Positions 25,253-32,000 of a stretch of DNA of 32,000 bases are shown piece after piece. Made by a program: the position numbers and the translations under genes. The stretch is from Acaryochloris marina MBIC11017. GTDB lineage: Bacteria; Cyanobacteriota; Cyanobacteriia; Thermosynechococcales; Thermosynechococcaceae. The stretch spans positions 120,001 to 152,000 of the forward strand of contig NC_009927.1 in the NCBI RefSeq assembly GCF_000018105.1, read 5' to 3'. The notes beneath the pieces are model-generated. The model searched no databases. It worked only from the letters and a program-made list of their open reading frames with translations, and had not been told where the DNA came from. Each line of letters begins with the position of its first letter. The stretch's first letter is position 1.

Positions 25253-26704
25253 TTAATTCCAGATCTTTAGTTGTTCTTCTTTAACGAATATTTCTGCATC
25301 ATCGAGACTTGGGAAAATTTTTGGAAGGCGTTTGTGTAAGGCGGCAGCTACCTTGTCACAGTCCCTGTTGCGCTCAATCTTGATTTTATTGTGGAGTGGA
25401 GAGTTGCAAATCAATGGTGGTTCCTTGCTCTCTAGTTGAGATTGGATGAGATGAGTCTCCCGTAAGTCAGTATTCAATAGAATGGCGTTGTTGAGGTCGG
25501 CGCTGCTGAGGCTTGCATCGCTGAGGTTGGCACTGAGGAGGTTGGCACCCCTGAGGATAACATCGCTGAGGTTAGCTCTGCTGAGGTCGGCACCGATGAG
25601 GAAGGCACTGCTGAGGTTGGCTTTGTAGAGGTAGGCACCGCTGAAGTAGGCACCGCTGAGGTCGGCATCGTTGAGGTGGGCATGGCCGAGGTGGGCTTTG
25701 CTGATGTCGGCGAGGCTGAGGTTGGCTTTGCGGAAGTTGGCCCCGCTGAGGTGGGCATGGCGGAGGTTGGCTTTGCGGAGGTTGGAATAGCTGAGGTTGG
25801 CACCACCGAGATTGGCACCGATGAAGTTGGCGATGCTGAGGTAGGCATCGCTGAGGTTGGCATCGATGAGGTTGGCACCCCTGAGGTTGGCATCGATGAG
25901 GTTGGCACCCCTGAGGTTGGCACCGCTGAGGTTGGCATCGATGAGGTTGGCACCCCTGAGGATAGCAACGCTGAGGTCGGCATAGCTGAGGTCGGCACCG
26001 CTGAGGTCGTGACTTCTCAAGTCAAGCTGTTTACCTTGATCCTGCCCTGATTCGCGTCTACCAATAACTGTTAATGCAGCTTGAACATCGTTAGCAATTG
26101 GCTTTGGTGATTTTGATGATTTCTTCGTTACTTCAGTTGAAGGTGATTGTTTTGATATTGGATTTTGCTTTGATGCCTTATCCTTCTCATTCTTGGATAC
26201 TTTATCCTCCTCATCCAATGGCGATCTTTCAAGAACATAAGCCGATAGTAATTCCATGATTGTCCAATGGTCTCTCGGAGAATCCTTAGCTATTCTTTCT
26301 AATGAATAAATAGCTGCAATACGGACAGCATTATCTTCATTTGATAGAAGAGTCGCAGCCTTTGAAAATCGATCAGTAATCAGCCTCTCTTGTGTTAATT
26401 TCCGATCCTCCGTTGCATCCCAGACAGTCCAAATCAAGCCAACAGCAGCAGATGCAGTTGCCAGAATACCGAACATGGAAATGATGACCTTGATCGCTTC
26501 GCGCCGATTATCATCAAGGAGAGATGACCAAAATCCACCGACATAAGTCATAGGATTAATCCACCGGAGATATCCTTTGCTACTTGTTTTCTGCTCAATT
26601 TTCTCAATCTCAGCAGTCTCAATCGCCACCTGTTTTTCTTGCCAAATCTCATAGGAATTAGGCCCTAAAGCATCCTCAGAGGGCTTTTCTCGACGAAAAA
26701 GCAT
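25253..26704 (-). CDS. membrane-anchored pentapeptide-repeat protein
   Basis: About 38 consecutive A(D/N)LxG-type pentapeptides (...GANLIDANLSGANLRGANLIDANLRG...). One hydrophobic helix, AIKVIISMFGILATASAAVGLIWTVW. The ORF track starts at TTG 26710, but ATG 26704 is more likely. Confidence 0.85.
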   Translation of the reverse strand: MLFRREKPSEDALGPNSYEIWQEKQVAIETAEIEKIEQKTSSKGYLRWINPMTYVGGFWSSLLDDNRREAIKVIISMFGILATASAAVGLIWTVWDATEDRKLTQERLITDRFSKAATLLSNEDNAVRIAAIYSLERIAKDSPRDHWTIMELLSAYVLERSPLDEEDKVSKNEKDKASKQNPISKQSPSTEVTKKSSKSPKPIANDVQAALTVIGRRESGQDQGKQLDLRSHDLSGADLSYADLSVAILRGANLIDANLSGANLRGANLIDANLRGANLIDANLSDAYLSIANFIGANLGGANLSYSNLRKANLRHAHLSGANFRKANLSLADISKAHLGHAHLNDADLSGAYFSGAYLYKANLSSAFLIGADLSRANLSDVILRGANLLSANLSDASLSSADLNNAILLNTDLRETHLIQSQLESKEPPLICNSPLHNKIKIERNRDCDKVAAALHKRLPKIFPSLDDAEIFVKEEQLKIWN

Positions 26705-26818
26705 AGGCAAAACAGCTTGAAACCTCGCAAAAAGTATAGGTTATCAAGTGACAGTTTGAATCGATCACCGGTTATTCGTGAAGCTTTTGCTAATTGGGGT
26801 TATCGCAGTAATTTGGAC

Positions 26819-27253
26819 TTATCCGACCTCCAACCCATGCACAACGTAGGTGACAACTCCCCAAACATGGAAATCAGATCCATCCTGAATAACAATCGGT
26901 GGATAATCAGGGTTCTCTGCAGCCAGTAAAATCCGACCATTGGATTGTCGAAATCGCTTCACCGTAAACTCACCGTCGAGAACTGCGATTATTACCGATC
27001 CATCCACAGGATTCAGTGAGCGGTCCACAATAACCAAGTCTTCAGAGAAAATTCCACACCCCTTCATTGAATCACCATCAACCCGCATCAAAAACGTGGC
27101 CCCTGGATGAGGTATAAGAGCCTCATCCAGGTTAAGAGGATTCTGCAGATGGTCATCGGCTGGGGATGGGAACCCCGCTGATATGGCTTCCACTAATAGA
27201 GGCAGACACAGAGAATCTGCCCACTCGACAGGGTGAACTGATCGGACAAGCAT
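26819..27253 (-). CDS. S24 peptidase, UmuD-like (LexA C-terminal domain only)
   Basis: ISAGFPSPADD (Ala-Gly cleavage-site region), GDSM (Ser nucleophile) and EFTVKR (Lys). At 144 aa it has no N-terminal DNA-binding domain. Confidence 0.85.
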   Translation of the reverse strand: MLVRSVHPVEWADSLCLPLLVEAISAGFPSPADDHLQNPLNLDEALIPHPGATFLMRVDGDSMKGCGIFSEDLVIVDRSLNPVDGSVIIAVLDGEFTVKRFRQSNGRILLAAENPDYPPIVIQDGSDFHVWGVVTYVVHGLEVG

Positions 27254-27258
27254 TGTAG

Positions 27259-27287
27259 TGATATATATGTACTATTCATATTTATCA
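27259..27287. promoter_or_regulatory. AT-rich imperfect palindrome immediately upstream of the S24 peptidase gene
   Basis: TGATATATATGTA-cta-TTCATATTTATCA: 13-nt arms with 11/13 complementary, 6-34 nt upstream of the ATG at 27253. Confidence 0.3.
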
Positions 27288-27334
27288 CAGTTATCAAATT
27301 TTCTCTAGGATATTGGTTATTCCTTGATTGAGGC

Positions 27335-27937
27335 TTAAAGATGGTCTGGCAGGGACATTGGTTTGACTTCACCCAAAATCTTCTGCACAATCTCACCTAC
27401 AGCCGTCTCACCCGATACCACCAGATCGGCCACCGAAGCACCAGGCATGACCAGCTCCTTATGAGTGGGCATGACATTGGATTGCCATTCTTGAATCACA
27501 CTAGTCTTCGTTCTCAACTTCTCCTTGGAATCTCTGGCAATCCTGCGTTTCATCCTTAGATCATCTGGTGTCTCAACGTAAATCTTGAAATCCAAACACT
27601 CCAGAATTTCAGGTAGAGTCAAAACGAAAATTCCCTCTACGATGATGAATGGATGGGGATGCACCTGGATAGTCTCTGCTTTCCGGGAATTGGCGATCAT
27701 ATCGTAGATAGGCAAGTCAACCGAATAACCAGACCTCAGCCGTTCTAGATGAGCGATCATCATGTCCGTATCCAGTGATTCTGGGAGGTCATAGTTGCCA
27801 CAGGGCATATAGCGGTAGTAGCTATCATGGCTAATCAGCAAGGCTTGACCAGACAGGCGATCCACTAAAGCTTGGGCCAAGGTGGTTTTGCCTGCGCCAC
27901 TACCGCCAGCGATGCCAATGATTTTAGGGGTGGTCAT
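27335..27937 (-). CDS. udk: uridine kinase
   Basis: IIGIAGGSGAGKTTLA P-loop, ISHDSYY, NYDLPESLD, IIVEGIF and RRIARD match the Udk pattern. Confidence 0.85.
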   Translation of the reverse strand: MTTPKIIGIAGGSGAGKTTLAQALVDRLSGQALLISHDSYYRYMPCGNYDLPESLDTDMMIAHLERLRSGYSVDLPIYDMIANSRKAETIQVHPHPFIIVEGIFVLTLPEILECLDFKIYVETPDDLRMKRRIARDSKEKLRTKTSVIQEWQSNVMPTHKELVMPGASVADLVVSGETAVGEIVQKILGEVKPMSLPDHL

Positions 27938-27942
27938 TCGAT

Positions 27943-28380
27943 TCAGATTCTCTCGGGATTATGAAGCAATCTTTTCCGTACAGCCTGAGCCGATGCACCG
28001 TATTGCTCTGCGATCGCTTTGTAGGTCATTCCACTCTCTCTTAGCTCACGCAGTTTCTCTGTACTGGGTAGCTTGGGGGCATATTTCGATGGCGGGCGAT
28101 TTTTCTTCACTTTCTGCAAGTATTCCTTGTACCCTACCCGCAAAGGCTCGATGTTTTCTCGCCCCAACTCTGCGGCTCGTTCGCGGCGAAGACAGCCACA
28201 GCTTAAGGACTCACCTTTAACGTACCGCCACGCTAAAACCCTTTCAACGCCACTTCCACAAGTACAACGAACGCGAAATTTTCGCTCAGATTTGCGTTTT
28301 TGGGGTTCTGGCTCGATCTCTTCGAGGATTTCCCATCGGCTGTGACTGGGAATGATATTAGATATTTTAACGGCATCCAA
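27943..28380 (-). CDS. hypothetical protein, Cys-cluster plus C-terminal HTH-like segment
   Basis: VRCTCGSG...LSCGC cysteine cluster and MTYKAIAEQYGASAQAVRKRL (HTH-like). The only start in frame is TTG 28380, so the start is uncertain. The stop lies 5 nt before the udk start. Confidence 0.5.
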   Translation of the reverse strand: MDAVKISNIIPSHSRWEILEEIEPEPQKRKSERKFRVRCTCGSGVERVLAWRYVKGESLSCGCLRRERAAELGRENIEPLRVGYKEYLQKVKKNRPPSKYAPKLPSTEKLRELRESGMTYKAIAEQYGASAQAVRKRLLHNPERI

Positions 28381-28539
28381 GGGGTTGATTTTTTAAGTGG
28401 GTACGAGTACTATTATAGATGAACCTCTTAGATACCGTTAAACTTTGAAGCGGATTACTGTACGGAGGATTAAGAATCAAAAGGGGCTGGATCGATGTCA
28501 GTTATTCCCAAAATTTAAACATCCACAAAGGAGCTAAAA

Positions 28540-28737
28540 ATGTCAGGCAGCATGGGTTACGTACAGCTTGAGCATACAGCTCAAGAATTGGAAGATATCG
28601 TTTTCGGTTTAAACGAAGCTGAAAACCTTGATAAATACTGGAAAAATCTGTCTCCTGATCAACAGGAAAACTTCAGAAGATTAACCGAATTCGCCAGTGA
28701 GTTTCTTGACCTAGCCGATCAAATTGACACGGATTGA
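28540..28737 (+). CDS. hypothetical small acidic protein
   Basis: 65-aa ORF with AAGGAG 7 nt upstream of the ATG. Confidence 0.55.
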   Translation: MSGSMGYVQLEHTAQELEDIVFGLNEAENLDKYWKNLSPDQQENFRRLTEFASEFLDLADQIDTD

Positions 28738-28751
28738 TAAGTTGGAGTTCC

Positions 28752-29387
28752 ATGAACGAGCAGCCTATCCACAACAACCCACAAATCCTCGATAAACTGT
28801 GCCGTCGTATTGATTACCTAAATGATTTTCCCGCGTCAATAGAAGGCGATGATCTCGATAATGCCCAACTCTTAGGAACCTTGGAAACTGATGATTTCCT
28901 GGGGTTTGTGCTGGGTTATTCCACGGAAGAGGGCACTTTTTCAGCGGATCATTTCCAGATGCTATCTAGAGAAGAGAATATGAAGATCAAGCACTATCGC
29001 TTGCTGAAACCTGTTCTGCCCTGGCCTCAGCCAATTCTTGGTATTTCTGTACCTGGTGGTGAACCAGGAAAAGTGACAGGCATCCATCGCGTTCCCGTAG
29101 TGCTAAAGCCTTGTGGTGTTGCCCAAGTCTGGTGGGGTGGAGATGTGGCGGTTCTTTGGGAAGGACTATTAGATGGCGATGTCAAGGGACGCCAGGATTA
29201 CGAGGCCCTGATGAATCAACTTTGGGGATGCTGTGAAGCGTTTCTGAAAGGCCAGGGAGTTCGCCAGGTTTTTACCTACAATCGAGATGATGAATATCCG
29301 TTGGAATGGTATCAGGGGTTCTTAAAGCGTCGGAGGTATGTTCCTGTTGAGGATCGGAAAATAACGGTGAAGAAGATGCTCGGATAG
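28752..29387 (+). CDS. hypothetical protein
   Basis: The ORF track starts at TTG 28734. ATG 28752 with GGAG 4 nt upstream is likelier (MNEQPIHNN...). It sits tightly behind the previous ORF. Confidence 0.55.
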   Translation: MNEQPIHNNPQILDKLCRRIDYLNDFPASIEGDDLDNAQLLGTLETDDFLGFVLGYSTEEGTFSADHFQMLSREENMKIKHYRLLKPVLPWPQPILGISVPGGEPGKVTGIHRVPVVLKPCGVAQVWWGGDVAVLWEGLLDGDVKGRQDYEALMNQLWGCCEAFLKGQGVRQVFTYNRDDEYPLEWYQGFLKRRRYVPVEDRKITVKKMLG

Positions 29388-29529
29388 GCTTTTGCTGTTT
29401 CCAATGAAGATCAGTATGAGTTTGTATTTTCTGATCAATCAATATTAAAAATCAACAGACATTATTGATTTACCCTAGCCTTCGTCTTTTACTTGTTAGC
29501 TAAGTGCGGAAGCCCACAAATTTTGCCCC

Positions 29530-30038
29530 ATGATAAACCGCAGAGCAATCCTCTCTATCCTCCTTCCCCCTCTGCTTTTAGGATGCAGCCCACCTCCCCA
29601 AGCCACTAACACCAACATCACTTCAGCAAAGACCACCCCCGCAAAAATTCTTAGCACGGGTGATGGGGATAGCCTTAAGGTGCGATCCCCAAATGGAGCC
29701 TCAACCACCACAAGAATTGGCTGCATCGATGCACCAGAGTACAACCAAGAATATGGTCCTGAAGCTGGTCAACGACTAAAGGCATTGCTACCCAGAGGAG
29801 CAGATATCGCGCTTCGGAAAATCACCACTGACCAGAGATTTACTCGGAGGGGAAATCAGTGGGTTTACAGCTGGTTAGGGAAGGATATGCGGTCGTGTAT
29901 CACCGCTACCTTGATGGTTGTTCCGATACAGCAAATCAGTATGTTGACGCAGAGAATGATGCGAGATCACGAAAGCTCAATTTTTGGAGTCAGCCAAACC
30001 CAGTTATGCCGTGGGATTATCGCAGGAATCGGCGGTAA
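29530..30038 (+). pseudogene. thermonuclease (staphylococcal-nuclease-like lipoprotein) disrupted by a frameshifting deletion
   Basis: Lipobox LLLGC, then RIGCIDAPE...YGPEAGQRLKALL in frame A up to ...KITTD (about 29832). The homologous C-terminus EIYSEGKSVGLQLVREGYAVVYHRYL...ARSRKLNFWSQPNPVMPWDYRRNRR-stop is in another frame (29832-30038). The DxYGR segment between them is missing. Confidence 0.75.
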
Positions 30039-30104
30039 TATTGGACCGAGGGTTAAGGTTTAATACATCTGATCTACCATGGACTTATGCGTTAACACAC
30101 GCCC

Positions 30105-30893
30105 ATGTCCTATTCCCTGTCAGCCACCAAGCTCAAAACCTACGGACAGTGCCCAAAATCCTATCAATTTAGGTATGAGCATAAATTACCTTCACCAACC
30201 ATATTCGGCTCCACCAAGCTTGGCAATGCTCTCCATGCAGCGTTAGCCAATGTCTACAAGGATTGGAACTACGCTTACCCTCTTCCTTCCCTCGATTGGT
30301 TTGCCGTTTGTTGGCAGCAGCATACGAGTGAATTGACCCCAACTCAGGTCCATGAGGGGTGGGTAGCACTACAGCTTTATTATGAGCGGTATATTTCCTC
30401 ACTCCCCCAAATCCGCAAACCGCTGGGGATTGAGACAAAGGTCAGGGCAAATCTCCAAGTCCGTAATATCGAATTTACCCTGTCTGGTCGGTATGATCGC
30501 TTGGATTATATCGATGATGGTCTGGAACTGATTGATTACAAGACAAGCAAATCCGTTAATCCTCCTCCATCAGTGGATATCCAATTGGGTTTTTACTATC
30601 TGATTCTGGAACAGATCTACAAGAAAGCGCTCAAACGCCTGAGTCTCATCTACTTGCGTTCTAACGAGAAACTGACCTATGAGGTCACACCTGACCATCA
30701 CCAGCAAGCCCAATCTCTGATTGAAGATATGGCGATGAAGCTCAGATGCGATCAGGAATGGAAACCTGTGACGGGACAGCATTGCGATCGCTGCGGGTAT
30801 CAGAAATATTGCCCCGCGATAACCACTAGGCCAGAACCCCTACCGCAAGATGCTAGAGAGGTTACGCAAGTGCAGTTGGCTTTGGGGTTTTGA
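30105..30893 (+). CDS. PD-(D/E)XK nuclease, Cas4/RecB-like with a Cys cluster
   Basis: N-terminal YGQCPKSYQFRY, core RYDRLDYIDDGLELIDYKTSK (D...ExK), and C-terminal CDRCGYQKYCP. This is the four-Cys arrangement typical of Cas4/AddB-type nucleases. Confidence 0.75.
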   Translation: MSYSLSATKLKTYGQCPKSYQFRYEHKLPSPTIFGSTKLGNALHAALANVYKDWNYAYPLPSLDWFAVCWQQHTSELTPTQVHEGWVALQLYYERYISSLPQIRKPLGIETKVRANLQVRNIEFTLSGRYDRLDYIDDGLELIDYKTSKSVNPPPSVDIQLGFYYLILEQIYKKALKRLSLIYLRSNEKLTYEVTPDHHQQAQSLIEDMAMKLRCDQEWKPVTGQHCDRCGYQKYCPAITTRPEPLPQDAREVTQVQLALGF

Positions 30894-30903
30894 TTGAAAC
30901 TAT

Positions 30904-31278
30904 TCAAGGAGAATTAGGAGCCAGCATCAGAACCTGAAAAAGCGATTCAGGCAAGGGTGGCATCTCTATCGCCTTTCCTTGATAGTGGATCTGAGAGAAC
31001 GCGGCGAGATTGAATACACCATGAGGAACATCCAGTTTCTTGTCTCTAATCCACATTCCTAGCCGATAATCTACGCACCATCCCTCCAGACCTTCCATTA
31101 AGTCGATCCAAAAGTGCAAGGGAATCAACTGAGTATCCACCCGGCAAGACCCTCGATAAACTTGGTGGGGAATGTTGTGCCGAAAGAGTTGAGTATGACA
31201 TAGACGGGTCATACCATCACACTCAGTAGGAGAGGCATCTAATGGGTTTAATAGTTGGCGTAGTTCGTCAATTGTCAT
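30904..31278 (-). CDS. hypothetical protein
   Basis: The only long ORF in this interval (124 aa). No motif recognised. Confidence 0.45.
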   Translation of the reverse strand: MTIDELRQLLNPLDASPTECDGMTRLCHTQLFRHNIPHQVYRGSCRVDTQLIPLHFWIDLMEGLEGWCVDYRLGMWIRDKKLDVPHGVFNLAAFSQIHYQGKAIEMPPLPESLFQVLMLAPNSP

Positions 31279-31309
31279 ATCAAGAAAGCTAAGGTTAGTC
31301 AGTTGGAGC

Positions 31310-31585
31310 TTACGATCTCAGAAATTCCTGATTCGCTAACCACAAAGCTTCATCTGTCGGCTGATCGATCATCCCTAGTGCCGCAAAGACGCGCAGTTGG
31401 ATATCCCGTCCGCCTCGACAAGCTAGTTCCGGGTTGGTGTGGCAGATATGCTGTTTTCCGCTACACAGATACTCAGTGATTTCTGTCGTTCGATCATCGC
31501 CAAGGACTAAGCCTCCATCCTCTGGAGATCGGAAGATGCAGCTTTTGCACTGAGCGGGGTTGGGTTCAAGGAAATGGCTTCTCAT
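31310..31585 (-). CDS. hypothetical Cys/His-containing small protein
   Basis: 91-aa ORF with CKSC...CSGKQHICH...C. No family recognised. Confidence 0.45.
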   Translation of the reverse strand: MRSHFLEPNPAQCKSCIFRSPEDGGLVLGDDRTTEITEYLCSGKQHICHTNPELACRGGRDIQLRVFAALGMIDQPTDEALWLANQEFLRS

Positions 31586-31647
31586 GATTTTTCGGATAGT
31601 TCATTTAATGCTTTTATAAAATCATCAAGATTGTATTTATTCTGCTG

Positions 31648-31938
31648 TTAGAAAAAGAAAATATTGCTGATAGGGAAAAATGCTCTATCTTCATTGTTAC
31701 AGCACAACATAAACCCATAATTAAGTTCATCAATTCCATAAGATAGAGTAAAGCTATTCCCATTATCCTTAAAAGATACACTGGCAAAATCAAAGGGATT
31801 AAACCTTAAACTAAAGAATGTTGCGTCGATAATCTCGAAAAGGCTTACACCGAAAGTATCAATAAATCTTATGCATAGTCTTTCTTGAGATGGTGTCAGC
31901 GGTTTATGACTAACTTTAATCTTTCCAGGTTTATTCAT
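31648..31938 (-). CDS. hypothetical protein (AT-rich gene)
   Basis: 96-aa ORF in a markedly AT-rich stretch. No motif recognised. Confidence 0.4.
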   Translation of the reverse strand: MNKPGKIKVSHKPLTPSQERLCIRFIDTFGVSLFEIIDATFFSLRFNPFDFASVSFKDNGNSFTLSYGIDELNYGFMLCCNNEDRAFFPISNIFFF

Positions 31939-32000
31939 TTACATAATGGTGATAGTGGGCCAAACCAATATTCAGGTGTCCCTGGCTGCATAGACCTTGG

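Noticed and set aside
25474-26050. Alternative-frame and antisense ORFs (174 and 124 aa) inside the pentapeptide-repeat gene
   Set aside because: They are low-complexity products (PTSAMPTSA..., EVGIAEVG...) generated by the 15-nt periodic DNA. The 25253-26704 frame gives bona fide A(D/N)LxG pentapeptides plus a TM anchor.
27254-27300. Cyanobacterial LexA box upstream of the UmuD-like gene
   Set aside because: Neither strand fits RGTACNNNDGTWCB. Only the AT-rich palindrome reported above is present.

Overview
This is a cyanobacterial-type chromosomal segment. The HIP1 palindrome GCGATCGC occurs at least 6 times, and WD40, pentapeptide-repeat and NACHT proteins are present. The left third (1-9.2 kb) is housekeeping: the folE 3' end, an M23 peptidase flanked by a ~513-bp duplication of the dacB leader and 5' end, a PBP4-like dacB, an AT-rich dihydroorotase, a small unknown ORF, and metH interrupted by one in-frame TGA. 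From ~9.4 to ~27.3 kb lies an accessory, conflict-type island. It holds two overlapping unknown ORFs, a NACHT NTPase with no recognisable effector and a 45-unit hexanucleotide (dipeptide) repeat, and a tyrosine recombinase fused to a pRiA4b-ORF3/MM3350-like domain. It also holds hicA-hicB plus a truncated second hicB, and a translationally coupled pair: a 442-aa P-loop ATPase and an 1830-aa STAND/TPR/WD40 protein. That protein has 14 near-identical 123-bp WD40 units that differ at only a few codons. The island continues with a killer/antidote TA pair, a second tyrosine recombinase, a membrane-anchored pentapeptide-repeat protein and an orphan UmuD-like S24 peptidase. Three same-orientation copies of a ~24-nt motif delimit the ATPase/WD40 pair and the TA pair as cassette-like units ending at the second recombinase gene. 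The right end carries udk, several unknown ORFs, a frameshifted thermonuclease, a Cas4-like PD-(D/E)XK nuclease and three small unknown ORFs. I found no rRNA, tRNA or CRISPR array. All calls rest on reading the sequence and ORF track and on motif recognition from memory. No database search was run.
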